A DNA stretch of 64,000 bases from Bacteriovoracaceae bacterium (GCA_048270185.1 JBLWTJ010000001.1:1024001-1088000); one strand, 5' to 3'; numbered from the stretch's first letter, positions 29,195 through 39,691 are shown. The notes: generated by a model not told the origin, from the letters alone. Translations and numbers: made by a program.

Positions 29195-31753
29195 TCAAGA
29201 CCTTGACTCTGGCCCTCTCATTCTTTTAAGTATTTTTTCCAACTCGACGGCCATAAAAACAAAAGAAGAAAGACCTAAAGTTAGAAGTAATTCATTGAGG
29301 CTTAAAGCTCTAGTATGTAGAACCTTATTTAAAATAGGATGATAAATTGAAGCCAATTGAATACTAAGAGTTAAAATTACTGTTCCCCAAAGAAAGGGAT
29401 TAGTAAAAATTCTCTTTCGATTAAAGAATGAAAGTCTTTCTGAGCGAATTGCTAGAACATGGCCAATCTGACTTAAGCACAAAACATTGAAAACAATGGT
29501 TTGCCATGTATCTGGAAAATACTTTAGGCCAAAATACTGAGACGATACGACAACTAGCCCCATTAATAATCCAACCCAAATAATATGAGTTCCAAGGCCT
29601 CGACTAAAGATGCCTTCGTTTGGGCTTCGTGGCCCAACCTTCATAATATTAGGCTCTGCTTTTTCAACAGTAAGGGCAAGGCCAGGAAGTCCATCTGTCA
29701 CAATATTTATCCAAAGGATATGAATCGGAAGAAGAGGAATTGGTAAGCCTAGTATTGGTGCAAGAAAGAGTGACCAAAGCTCACCTGAATTACTCGTCAT
29801 TGTATACTTGATAAACTTTTTAATATTATCAAAGATACGACGGCCCTCTTTAACCGTATTAACAATAGAGGCAAAGTTATCATCTAATAGAATCATATGG
29901 GCCGCTTGCTTTGAAACATCTGTCCCAGTAATCCCCATGGCAATACCAATATCTGCTTTCTTAAGAGCAGGAGCATCATTGACTCCATCTCCTGTCATCG
30001 CGACATAATGTCCTCTGTCTTGAAGAGCTTTAATTATTCTAAGCTTCTGTGCCGGAGTTGCTCGGGCATAGACCTTAATATCTTCAACTCTCGCTAGAAA
30101 TTCCTCATCCGCCATCTCATCAAATTCGTAACTACTAAGGACAAGAGAGTCATTATTATCTTCTAAGATACCAAGTCGAGTTGCAATTGAAGTCGCTGTG
30201 GCCTTGTGATCCCCCGTAATCATCACTGTTTTAATTCCAGCAGACTTGCATAGGGCCACGGCTTCTTTGGCTTCTTCGCGAGGAGGGTCCATCATTCCAA
30301 CAAGGCCTAAGAATTCGAGATTCGACTCAAAAACTTCAATACTAATATCATCTGGAAGTTGATCAAAATGTCTGTGACAGAAAGCTAAAACTCTAAGACC
30401 TTGAGCGGCCATGGTATCTGCTTTCTCTAGTATATCCTTGTCTTGCGTAATTGCTTCAACTGCACCTTTCGTAAATCCTATATACCCACCGGCTGGATCC
30501 TTATGAATTGTTGTCATTTTCTTTCGATCTGAATCAAATGGAAATTCAAGAACACGTGAATAGTTTTTTAATAAATCTTCTTTTTTACCACTCTTTGACT
30601 CACCAAAAGCAAGTAGAGCTGTTTCTGTTGGATCACCTATAAGAGTATTATTCTTACCATAACTAGCGTCATTACTAATAGAAATGGCCAGATAGAAGTG
30701 ATGGAGTAACGATGGCCGATGACAGTAGATATCTTCAACTTGCATACGATTCTGTGTTAGGGTTCCAGTCTTATCACTGCAAATATAAGAAACTGATCCA
30801 AGTGTTTCAACAGCAGCAAGCTTTCTCATCAATGCATTCTTCTTCACAAGCCTTCTGGCCCCAATGGCCAAGGAAATTGTAATGACAGCAGGAAGAGCTT
30901 CAGGGATGGCAGCGACAGCAAGAGAAATCGCGGTTAAAAGCATTAAGAGAGGCGGCTCACCTCTAAGTAATCCAGCAGCAAAGAAAATAGCACATAGAAT
31001 TAAAATAATAATCGCTAAATTCTTACCAAAGACGGCCAGCCTTTTTTGTAGAGGGGTCTTTACTTCCTTCTGTGTTTGTAACATTCCTGCGATTTGACCG
31101 ATTTGAGTCTGCATACCAGTTTCAACGACTACTCCTTGTGAGCGTCCGTAAGTCACAACCGTCCCTTTAAAGGCCATATTATGTTGGTCACCGAGAGAAG
31201 AGTTAAAATCAGCTAGAACTGATTCATTTTTTAAAACAGGAACTGACTCACCGGTAAGGGCCGCCTCTTCAATTTGAAGATTCTTTACTTCAAATAAGCG
31301 TAAATCGGCTGCAACAATATCCCCCGCTTCAAGAGTGATAATATCCCCAGGAACTAGCTCACTGGCATTAATGCTTACGAGAACTCCATCACGAAAAACC
31401 TTTGCATGTGGTGCGGACATTTTCTTCAAGGCCTCAATGGCCTTTTCAGCGCGAAACTCTTGTACAAAGCCAATAATTCCATTGAGAATAATGATTACAA
31501 AGATGGCAATTGTATCAGCAGCTTCTCCCACAAGGCCTGCAATGACGGCCGCAACTAAGAGAACAAGAATCATGAAGTCTTTAAATTGATCAAAGAAGAT
31601 AGCGAAGGGACTTTTTTGTGCTTTCTCTTGTAATTGGTTAGGTCCGAATTGGCTTAACTTATCAAAAGCTTGTGAAGAAGAAAGCCCATTTGTGAAACTT
31701 TGAGTATTCTCTAAGACTTCCTCAATTGTTAAATTAAACCATGCCTTTTTCAT
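29195..31753 (-). CDS. Cation-translocating P-type ATPase (type II, Ca2+-like)
   Basis: LTGES, IPEAL, DKTGTLT, KGAVE, TGDGVNDAPALK, WINIVTDG. Confidence 0.96.
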   Translation of the reverse strand: MKKAWFNLTIEEVLENTQSFTNGLSSSQAFDKLSQFGPNQLQEKAQKSPFAIFFDQFKDFMILVLLVAAVIAGLVGEAADTIAIFVIIILNGIIGFVQEFRAEKAIEALKKMSAPHAKVFRDGVLVSINASELVPGDIITLEAGDIVAADLRLFEVKNLQIEEAALTGESVPVLKNESVLADFNSSLGDQHNMAFKGTVVTYGRSQGVVVETGMQTQIGQIAGMLQTQKEVKTPLQKRLAVFGKNLAIIILILCAIFFAAGLLRGEPPLLMLLTAISLAVAAIPEALPAVITISLAIGARRLVKKNALMRKLAAVETLGSVSYICSDKTGTLTQNRMQVEDIYCHRPSLLHHFYLAISISNDASYGKNNTLIGDPTETALLAFGESKSGKKEDLLKNYSRVLEFPFDSDRKKMTTIHKDPAGGYIGFTKGAVEAITQDKDILEKADTMAAQGLRVLAFCHRHFDQLPDDISIEVFESNLEFLGLVGMMDPPREEAKEAVALCKSAGIKTVMITGDHKATATSIATRLGILEDNNDSLVLSSYEFDEMADEEFLARVEDIKVYARATPAQKLRIIKALQDRGHYVAMTGDGVNDAPALKKADIGIAMGITGTDVSKQAAHMILLDDNFASIVNTVKEGRRIFDNIKKFIKYTMTSNSGELWSLFLAPILGLPIPLLPIHILWINIVTDGLPGLALTVEKAEPNIMKVGPRSPNEGIFSRGLGTHIIWVGLLMGLVVVSSQYFGLKYFPDTWQTIVFNVLCLSQIGHVLAIRSERLSFFNRKRIFTNPFLWGTVILTLSIQLASIYHPILNKVLHTRALSLNELLLTLGLSSFVFMAVELEKILKRMRGPESRS

Positions 31754-31804
31754 TTGCCACCAACCAATTTATTACACAGAGTAATATTATTAGATTAAAG
31801 ACAA

Positions 31805-32128
31805 TTAATCAAAGCGAGAAAAGAGAATAACAGCAATATTTGGCTCGGCCATTTGAGAGGCCATTACTTGATAAATCCCACCTTGAGTCTCGACCACACA
31901 CATAAATGAACTTCCCTCTGATAAGGAGCTAACTTCAGAAAAACTTTGCTTAGCGATAAAGTTCTCACTGCAACCATTTTTCTTCATTGTCTCTTTAACA
32001 AATGCCGAGCATTGCCCATTCATCGAACTATCATAGTCATAGATCGTGTGAGTATAGGTATCAAACTCGCAATTTGCTAATGTGTTAACTGATAAGAGAA
32101 GTGTCGCTAGTAGGATTAGTTTTTTCAT
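31805..32128 (-). CDS. Small secreted hypothetical protein
   Basis: MKKLILL..TLA signal peptide; four Cys. Confidence 0.7.
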   Translation of the reverse strand: MKKLILLATLLLSVNTLANCEFDTYTHTIYDYDSSMNGQCSAFVKETMKKNGCSENFIAKQSFSEVSSLSEGSSFMCVVETQGGIYQVMASQMAEPNIAVILFSRFD

Positions 32129-32246
32129 CTGGGTGTTATATGCCAAATATCAGAATTTTAAAGCTTCAGTGTAAAATATTTACGTAAAATAAAGACATAA
32201 AGGATCTTTCAGGCCAAATGCCTAAATTTAGTGTAGTAAATGAGCT

Positions 32247-33212
32247 ATGAGTTTCACCGATCACCTGGTTCTCGCCCCCATTCGAGGCGTGACCAACTAT
32301 GTATATCGCAATGCCTTGGAGCAGACCTTTTCTGGCGCAGATAGTGCCATCGCTCCTTACATTGTAACGAAGGAATCAAACGAACTCAATGAGCGCCAAC
32401 TTCATGATGTGCTTCCCGAGAAGAACCTTCTGCCAACTACGGCCCAGATTCTGACAAAGGAAATTGATCAATTCCTCTATGTCGCCAATATCTACAAGGA
32501 CTTTGGAGTTAAGAAGGTTAACTTAAATATGGGATGCCCTTATCCTATGGTGGCCAATCGAACAAAAGGTTCAGGACTTCTTCTTCACCCTCAAAAAGTA
32601 GAAAAGCTTTTAACTGGAATAAAAGAAAAGTGTCCTATTGAGTTTACGGTGAAGATTCGCCTAGGGCGTGAGGATGTCTCTGAGATCAAAGAGATCATTC
32701 CTATAATTAATAAACTAGAGATCAATGATTTTACAATTCATGCTCGCTACGGAAAACAGATCTATGTTGGTGGCGTGGATCTTGATGCATTTGAAGAGTG
32801 CTTACCACTTCTAAACACAATCCCCTGCTATAACGGCGACATCAATTCAGTGGAAGACTTCAAAGCTTACAAGACAAGATTTCCCCAAATAAAACGCTGG
32901 ATGGTCGGACGAGCGGGTCTTTCAAACCCCGCCCTTATGGCCCAGATCAAGGGTTCAAAATTTAATGAGCAAACCTATCTGGCGAAATTCATTGAAATGC
33001 ATAAGCTTATGACTGAAGAATACCTCTCAATGGATAATGCCAAGTCTGACTATCTCCAAAAAATGCGAGGACATTGGCTCTACTTTAAAGATATTTTTGA
33101 AAACGAACACAAGGTTTATAAGAAAGTGAAAAAGGTCAAATCAATCGAACACTATAATGATGTCGTCGAGTGGATCTTTGAACAAGATCTTAATCCTTCT
33201 TTCTTGAATTAA
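32247..33212 (+). CDS. dus: tRNA-dihydrouridine synthase family protein
   Basis: LAPIRG, NLNMGCP, GSGLL, VKIRLG, IHAR, NGDI, MVGR. Confidence 0.92.
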   Translation: MSFTDHLVLAPIRGVTNYVYRNALEQTFSGADSAIAPYIVTKESNELNERQLHDVLPEKNLLPTTAQILTKEIDQFLYVANIYKDFGVKKVNLNMGCPYPMVANRTKGSGLLLHPQKVEKLLTGIKEKCPIEFTVKIRLGREDVSEIKEIIPIINKLEINDFTIHARYGKQIYVGGVDLDAFEECLPLLNTIPCYNGDINSVEDFKAYKTRFPQIKRWMVGRAGLSNPALMAQIKGSKFNEQTYLAKFIEMHKLMTEEYLSMDNAKSDYLQKMRGHWLYFKDIFENEHKVYKKVKKVKSIEHYNDVVEWIFEQDLNPSFLN

Positions 33213-33263
33213 ATCATTGAATGTAAGAAACAAAGTTTCATAGCATTTTAAAAGTTAACATCC

Positions 33264-34694
33264 CTAATTTGATTCACAAGTCCACGTATAAGTACCACTA
33301 CTAACCCAACAATCTTCTTTTGCATTATTAGGAATACCATGCTTAGCCATACATTCACCATGATAATATCCATCCTCTGTTTTTGTACAACAAGACTTCA
33401 CATCATCCCCCACACAATAAGCTCCACTTCCAGTAGGTGTCGGATTTGTACATGTTCTTGATCTAACATGTGATGTAGTATCGCAAGCTCCCCATTCACT
33501 CCAACCACCATCACGATCACACTCAAAAACATTACATGACTGCTGATATACACCACTACAATTAGTACCACCATTTGAAGGTGCAGGATTAGTACATGTA
33601 CGGGTCATTAAACCGCCGCCACAATCTTTGCTACAAGTAGACCAATCTGACCAACCGCCATTAACTGGACAAACTTGAGTATTACAGACTTCACTGGTAC
33701 TACCGCTACATTCGGCACCACCATTTTGAGGATATGGGTTTGAACAGCTACGAACGCGGATACCACCTCCGCATTGAGCGGAGCATACCCCCCATGCAGA
33801 CCAGCCACCATCAACTGCTTCTAACTCTTTAACGATAGGAATACATTTTAAAGTACCATCACTATTGATACCACTGACAACATGGTCCACGGGACAGTTT
33901 TGCTCAGAAAAATCACGACATCTACTATTTACACAAATTTTTGTTGTCGAGTTGATATCCGCATTTACATTTAGAGTACCAGTCATAGTGTCACCACTAA
34001 TTTTAACGTAGAGTGTATTTAGATAGTTAGTTACAAAATCAATGAGGTACTCAGTTGATATTGCATCAGACTTTGTTGGTGTAACTGAAGGATCAAAGTC
34101 AACAAGTATACATTTATTTGTAACATGATCGTAAACACCACCTATTTTCGTACAAGATTCAATAACGGCAGTATCCACCGCATTACCTAAAGCAGAAAAA
34201 CAAGATACTAACTTATTATTCTCATCTAAGTTAAATTCGACTGGATAACTTTTAACAATCTTTTTATTACCTTTTATTAATTTAGACATACGTTGCATTT
34301 CAACAACGAGCTTTCCCTCTCCAGCTTTCTGACTTGGACCAACAGTTACAGAGTTGAAGTCTTTCAAAGTCATGGATGCTATTTTGATCGTATTATTTCC
34401 ATATACGTTAGTAGTATTTAAAATATCATTATTTAACTTATTCTTTATACTTGATATTGATAGATCGTTAGTTAAAGTTTCACCAAGGCCAAATGTATTT
34501 ACACATGACTGATTATTCAGTAGAGCTTGCGCTATTCGACTATTAAGAGCATTCTCTTCGTACTTAGTCTCCATACGCTTTTGCGTAGTAACTTGATTAT
34601 GAGTTAAGTTCATAAATGCTACGGAGAGAACACCTAAGAGGCCTGCCGCAACCATAATCTCAACTAGCGTGAAACCTTTAATATTTAACTTCAT
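33264..34694 (-). CDS. Type IV prepilin-like adhesin with three C-terminal thrombospondin type-1 repeats
   Basis: KG|FTLVE class III signal; three (D/N)GGWSxWxxC..RxCxNPxP..G..CxG repeats; GGAG SD. Confidence 0.9.
   Translation of the reverse strand: MKLNIKGFTLVEIMVAAGLLGVLSVAFMNLTHNQVTTQKRMETKYEENALNSRIAQALLNNQSCVNTFGLGETLTNDLSISSIKNKLNNDILNTTNVYGNNTIKIASMTLKDFNSVTVGPSQKAGEGKLVVEMQRMSKLIKGNKKIVKSYPVEFNLDENNKLVSCFSALGNAVDTAVIESCTKIGGVYDHVTNKCILVDFDPSVTPTKSDAISTEYLIDFVTNYLNTLYVKISGDTMTGTLNVNADINSTTKICVNSRCRDFSEQNCPVDHVVSGINSDGTLKCIPIVKELEAVDGGWSAWGVCSAQCGGGIRVRSCSNPYPQNGGAECSGSTSEVCNTQVCPVNGGWSDWSTCSKDCGGGLMTRTCTNPAPSNGGTNCSGVYQQSCNVFECDRDGGWSEWGACDTTSHVRSRTCTNPTPTGSGAYCVGDDVKSCCTKTEDGYYHGECMAKHGIPNNAKEDCWVSSGTYTWTCESN
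33390..33815 (-). repeat. Three tandem TSP1 domain repeats (about 50 aa each)
   Basis: [18 protein letters not shown].., [18 protein letters not shown].., [22 protein letters not shown]. Confidence 0.9.
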
Positions 34695-34806
34695 TTACAC
34701 TCCAACCATAATTAGATATGTTACTGAACTAAATTTAATTGACAATAAATTTAACTTTTCTGAAAGTTTCTATTAAGGAACGTTTTTAAAGAAGGAACAA
34801 TTCAAC

Positions 34807-35544
34807 ATGCAGTTACGAGATCTCTTAATTAAGTACATTGAAAAGAAAGAAAAGACTTATGGAAAATACTCTCTCTCCAAACTATCCTTAGACACGGGCG
34901 TTAGCAAAACTACACTTAGCGGCTTTATAAATAAAGACAGAGTACCGAGCAGAGAAAACCTCTTCAAGATCGCTCAAACTGTTACAACAAATAAAGCTAT
35001 TCTAAAAAAGTACTCAACAGAGCTTGCAACAATAAAGCAAAGCAAACATAGAAAAAAAATCATTTCTTACAAACTTTTTAAAGAAATCAGTGACTGGGAA
35101 TATTTTGCAATCATTGGCTTAACACGCTTAAAGGACAATTCAGCAAATGAAGATTGGATTGCAGATAAATTATCAATTGAAAAAAGCAGAGCAAAAAAAT
35201 GTCTCAAGAAACTTCTTAAAGAAGGATTGTTAAAAATAAAGGACAACCGATTATATAAAGACTATAAGCATCTAGGAACACCTACTGAAATTTCTAACCA
35301 AGATATAAAAAAGGCCCACTCGCAAGCGATTAATTTATCAGAAGAGGCCATGTACACCATACCGTTTAAACATAGACAATACATAACATCAAATCTAACA
35401 ATAAAAGATGAAGACTTAGTAGAAGCAAGAGAGGAGCTAGACAAACTAGTTAAAAAGTTTATTAAAAAATATAACTGTGAAACAGAAGCTGACGCTCTCT
35501 ACAAGTTAAATATTCAATTCTTTCCATTAACTTCAGTAGAATAA
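34807..35544 (+). CDS. TIGR02147/DUF4423-type HTH regulator
   Basis: N-terminal XRE-like HTH, ISDWEYFAI..WIADKL, C-terminal LYKLNIQFFPLT. Confidence 0.85.
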   Translation: MQLRDLLIKYIEKKEKTYGKYSLSKLSLDTGVSKTTLSGFINKDRVPSRENLFKIAQTVTTNKAILKKYSTELATIKQSKHRKKIISYKLFKEISDWEYFAIIGLTRLKDNSANEDWIADKLSIEKSRAKKCLKKLLKEGLLKIKDNRLYKDYKHLGTPTEISNQDIKKAHSQAINLSEEAMYTIPFKHRQYITSNLTIKDEDLVEAREELDKLVKKFIKKYNCETEADALYKLNIQFFPLTSVE

Positions 35545-35608
35545 TTCTTACTCGAATTAAATCTAATCTTAGATTAAATCATGGCCCTTGCTTCTGTGAT
35601 CTCTTTCA

Positions 35609-36025
35609 CTATGCAGCACCAGGTTGGATATCATCTAATGCAGGTATTATATTTTTAATTAATTGTATTAGCTTCTCAAAGTCCACAGGCTTTTCAAAGT
35701 AATCGACGGCCCCAAGCTCTGTTACCTTGTCCTTATATTCATTACTCGAATATCCCGAGATCATTATCGTTGCAATATTAGGAAACCGCGCACGAACTTC
35801 CTTTAAGAGTGTCACTCCATCCATTCCAGGCATATTTATATCACTTAAGATCAATATTACATCATAACCTTTATCACTTTCTAAAATCTCTAGTGCATCT
35901 TCGCCTGATATTGAATAAGTTAAGGTCATTTTATTCGACTTTATCCAATTTTTGAAAACATGTTTAAAGATAAAGAATACATCCTCTTCATCATCAACAA
36001 GTAATACATGAACTTTAATCATCAC
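35609..36025 (-). CDS. Single-domain response regulator
   Basis: LVDDE, SDINMPGMDG, KPVDF. Confidence 0.92.
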   Translation of the reverse strand: MMIKVHVLLVDDEEDVFFIFKHVFKNWIKSNKMTLTYSISGEDALEILESDKGYDVILILSDINMPGMDGVTLLKEVRARFPNIATIMISGYSSNEYKDKVTELGAVDYFEKPVDFEKLIQLIKNIIPALDDIQPGAA

Positions 36026-37349
36026 CTATCTCCTTAGGGAACCTTACCTTAACAATAGTAAATTCATTTGGAACTGATTCAATAAATACATCTCCTCCAT
36101 TACTTTCAACTATCGATTTAACAATAGAAAGTCCAAGACCAGAGCCCTCGGCACCAGATCGAGTCGTAAAGAATGGTTCAAAGACCTTGTCGAGAATATC
36201 CTTATTAATCCCCTCTCCATTATCTTTGACCTCAATTAGTATGTATTTATCTTTCTCGAAAGTATTAATGATTAGCTCAGCTTCCTGATTGCTATTGGCA
36301 AACTTATTGTAAAGACTATGAAGAGAGTTCTCAAAGAGGTTTAAAAAAACAGATTGAATATCATTTGTAAAAAAATGAAGATCTGAACTAATATTTGAAA
36401 AGTGATTAAAATTAAGCTTAATTCCTTCTGTTTTGAATATTGAAGCATGAAATGCATATTTGAAAGATTCACTAATTAATTTGCTAATGGAGTACTCGCT
36501 CTTTCCGCTTTTTCGATTATCTAGCATTATAGAGAGTATACTTTTCATACGAAGACTATGAGTATTGATTATTTCGAGGGCCTTTCCCAAATCTTCAAAA
36601 TCACTATCGTCGCCATCTTTCATATCTTCATATACTGAAGACGCTATTTTACTTGAGTTTAGAGCAAGGTTTAAAGGGTTTCTAATTTCATGTGCTATCC
36701 CCGTTGTAAGTCGCCCTAAAGCGGCAAGTTTCTCTTGTTGAAGTAAGGTTTCATGAGATTTTCTTATGACCTCTTCTTTTTCCTTTACCTGAGTTTCAAC
36801 AACTTTATTTAAGTCCATGATGCTTTGGTTGGCCTCAATCATTGCTAATTCAACACCAACTCGTGAGGCAAATAACTCAATTGCTGATTCGAAGAAATCG
36901 ACCTCGCTAATAACTTTAGTGTCTAAAATAACAAGTAATCCAAAAAATTCACCAGTTGGAAGGATTACAGGAGCTCCAACATAGGCTTCAACTTCCATCT
37001 CTTGTAATAACTCATCTTCAGGAAAATCACTACATACGTTTGAAGCATGAATGCAAACTCTTCTTCCTGTTAAAACATTACTACAAGGAGTTCCAGCTAA
37101 GTTATATTCCATCTTTTCGACAAATTCCCCCTTGGCCATCGCATAATCACTCACGATGAGATTAGGATCTTTTAATGAAGGCTTTCCTACAAAGATATAA
37201 TCAACTTCAAGCTGCTTGACGATATTTTCCATCAGGCTTCTAATATAATCAGCACCAGATTTTTCTTGAGGAATGTCAAAACTCTTTTTTAAAACATGAA
37301 TTTTTTCGACTTGTCCTAACTTACCCATTTCATCGCTCATTTGCTCCAA
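36015..37349 (-). CDS. GAF sensor histidine kinase
   Basis: YNLAGTPC..FPED..AYVGAP GAF; GIAHEIRNPL; DNGEGI, FEPFFTT, GSGLGL. Confidence 0.92.
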   Translation of the reverse strand: MEQMSDEMGKLGQVEKIHVLKKSFDIPQEKSGADYIRSLMENIVKQLEVDYIFVGKPSLKDPNLIVSDYAMAKGEFVEKMEYNLAGTPCSNVLTGRRVCIHASNVCSDFPEDELLQEMEVEAYVGAPVILPTGEFFGLLVILDTKVISEVDFFESAIELFASRVGVELAMIEANQSIMDLNKVVETQVKEKEEVIRKSHETLLQQEKLAALGRLTTGIAHEIRNPLNLALNSSKIASSVYEDMKDGDDSDFEDLGKALEIINTHSLRMKSILSIMLDNRKSGKSEYSISKLISESFKYAFHASIFKTEGIKLNFNHFSNISSDLHFFTNDIQSVFLNLFENSLHSLYNKFANSNQEAELIINTFEKDKYILIEVKDNGEGINKDILDKVFEPFFTTRSGAEGSGLGLSIVKSIVESNGGDVFIESVPNEFTIVKVRFPKEIGDD

Positions 37350-37514
37350 TACAATATTTTAAGACAAAAAATCAAAAAAAATGTTTAAGAAATATTAAGA
37401 ATAGATAAGAAACTAAACCCAATAAAGAAAATGGTTGAATTCTTATTTCTAAGAAAGGATAAAAGATAGAAATATAATTTTATAATTTAAACATATATTA
37501 GGAAGGAGCTAAAA

Positions 37515-37865
37515 ATGTACATTGATGGATTTGTAACACCTGTACCAAAGAAAAATAAGGATGCTTATATCAAACACCTTGAAGAAGTCTCTCCACTCAT
37601 AAAAGAGATTGGTGTGATTCGAATGGTTGAATCCTGGGGAGATGATATACCACAGGGTGAGCAAACGGACTTTCTTCAAGCAGTTAAATTAAAAGATGAT
37701 GAAACCGTATTATTTGGATGGTTTGAGTGGCCTTCAAAAGAAGTTAGAGACAAAGGCGTTAAGACCATGATGGAAGACAAGAGATTTCAAGAAATGAATA
37801 TGCCATTTGATGGGAAAAGAATGATCTTCGGTGGCTTCTCTTCTATCTTTGACAAAAAGTTTTAA
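37515..37865 (+). CDS. DUF1428 (YbaA-like) protein
   Basis: YIDGFV.PVP, WGDDIP.G..TDF..AV, MPFDGKRMIFGGF. Confidence 0.92.
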   Translation: MYIDGFVTPVPKKNKDAYIKHLEEVSPLIKEIGVIRMVESWGDDIPQGEQTDFLQAVKLKDDETVLFGWFEWPSKEVRDKGVKTMMEDKRFQEMNMPFDGKRMIFGGFSSIFDKKF

Positions 37866-37979
37866 GTAATGATACCAGGTGCTTCAACTAAAGCTTTTAA
37901 GGGACTACTTATTGGATAAAACTTTGGTAAGCTAGTTCTTCAAGACGGGCCATAAAAACTATAAATGAAAGGTAAATTT

Positions 37980-38372
37980 ATGAATAAAGTAATAAGAAGT
38001 TTGAATATCTTGGCCATTATTTTTCTAAGCTTTATGATGCTATTTGGCGCCTACAACCATGTCGCTAATCCAGCATTTTACAACGGATTTATTCCTGATT
38101 TCTTTCCAAAACTTATCGTTAACTATTTTTCAGCTGTTGTTGAGCTTGTTATAGGTGTTCTAATCATTGTTCCTAAGTGGAGAAAAGTCGGATCACTTTC
38201 ATTTATCGGACTCATGATCGCTTTTTTCCCAATACATATTTGGGACCTTTTAAAAGAAGTTCCAGCGATTGGCAGCAAAGAAGCGGCTATAATCAGACTT
38301 GTCGTTCAATTTATCTTCATTGGAATCGCTTATTTTGTTTTTAAGAAATCTAGTTTTCAAAAAGTAAAATAG
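37980..38372 (+). CDS. DoxX-like membrane protein
   Basis: Four TMs, GAYNH..P..Y..FIP, VELVIG, FFPIHI. Confidence 0.75.
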   Translation: MNKVIRSLNILAIIFLSFMMLFGAYNHVANPAFYNGFIPDFFPKLIVNYFSAVVELVIGVLIIVPKWRKVGSLSFIGLMIAFFPIHIWDLLKEVPAIGSKEAAIIRLVVQFIFIGIAYFVFKKSSFQKVK

Positions 38373-38517
38373 GCTTTGGTTTCAACTTCGGTTTCATGAG
38401 CCTTTTCGTTGACCTTGCGTAAAGAAAAAGCACCTGGATCTACATTCCCCGAATTGATACTGAAAAAAAGAAGTAGTAATAAATGAAATGAATTAATTTT
38501 GGTTTTAATCTACTCTT

Positions 38518-39447
38518 TCAATCTGACCACTTAGAAATATAATGTAGATTATTAACAGAACAGATGAATTGCATAACTTGAATGTATAACGATTTCAAGA
38601 TTTCAAGATTTTCATCATCATTACCATCCTTTATATTTATCGAATTGAGGATATTTAATAGTTTTTTTAATTTTCTATAGTGGAGCTTGTTATTTAACTC
38701 TTTATGAACTCGTTGGATAAAGTACTTTTTTCTTTTTGTAATAACCGCAATTACTTTTAAGCGATCTAAAATTAGATCTTCGACTTCTGAAGGATCATTT
38801 AGTTTTACGCGTCCTTTTTTAAAAAGAGCCTTCAATTCTTTTTCATTTCGTCTTTTCACAACTTTTAACTGTTGATTTGTTAAATATTTAGTTGAACCTG
38901 GATGATGAAGAAAGAATCTTAAAGCTGGATAGTAAATGTCTGAACTTAAAATCCAAAGAAAATCAAAAGCATGAGTTGCATAACGATCTAAAAGACGAGC
39001 ATTTTCAAATGGATTAGTTAAAATAAAAGCAGGAACTCCTCTATTATTAAATTGATTTAAGGCTAACAATTGATATAAGTCATTTGTATTTGCCTTAAAT
39101 TCAATTTCCATAACAGAATGGTTTAAAAGAGTAAATTGATGACGATTTCTCATCCGATTATTTGGTTCATAAATATTATTAACGAAATAATTTTTTCTAT
39201 TAGTATTAATTGGTGCTGGTAATTGTAGTTTCGGGTGCAAACATCTTTTAGAAACCTTGTACTGAATTATCATTTCATGTAAGTATGGCAAGTTTAACCG
39301 AATTCTGGCATCAACTCCAAAGTCATCGCCGACAGTCCCTTCGGCCCTCCTTGTGGGCTGATATATATCTGAATAGAATTCTAGAACAAATTCTTTTCTA
39401 ATTAAGTAGTTAACATATGAGCTTAATGAGTTTTCATTTATTGGCAT
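38518..39447 (-). CDS. AT-rich orphan, putative PD-(D/E)xK-like nuclease
   Basis: 309-aa ORF with GAGG SD; N-terminal PT..E..G.D..(12 aa)..QYK arrangement. Confidence 0.45.
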   Translation of the reverse strand: MPINENSLSSYVNYLIRKEFVLEFYSDIYQPTRRAEGTVGDDFGVDARIRLNLPYLHEMIIQYKVSKRCLHPKLQLPAPINTNRKNYFVNNIYEPNNRMRNRHQFTLLNHSVMEIEFKANTNDLYQLLALNQFNNRGVPAFILTNPFENARLLDRYATHAFDFLWILSSDIYYPALRFFLHHPGSTKYLTNQQLKVVKRRNEKELKALFKKGRVKLNDPSEVEDLILDRLKVIAVITKRKKYFIQRVHKELNNKLHYRKLKKLLNILNSINIKDGNDDENLEILKSLYIQVMQFICSVNNLHYISKWSD

Positions 39448-39480
39448 CCCTAGCCTCTCTAAATAGATATACTTAATCTA

Positions 39481-39508
39481 CCATCGCCATTCCCATCCTA
39501 AAACTTAA
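39481..39508 (-). promoter_or_regulatory. Sigma-28-like promoter
   Basis: TTAAGTTT-N12-GGCGATGG, 33 nt upstream of 39447. Confidence 0.45.
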
Positions 39509-39662
39509 CCTTCTCACACAATTCCCCTTCAGAAAAACTAACCACATATACACTTTCCCAAACCACCCCATCAACAAAATTAACACATTACAGCTTCAAC
39601 CTAAACTGCATCTAAAGATAAAAAATTCCACATATTTTAAAAAGTTTGATACGAATTCGTAA

Positions 39663-39691
39663 TTGCGAACTTCAATACGGCCATGTAAAAT
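39663..39691 (+). promoter_or_regulatory. Sigma-70-like promoter of mutM
   Basis: TTGCGA-N17-TAAAAT. Confidence 0.6.

Noticed and set aside
38373..39660. Mobile element or prophage remnant around the AT-rich orphan
   Set aside because: No integrase, transposase, tRNA target or flanking direct repeats visible.
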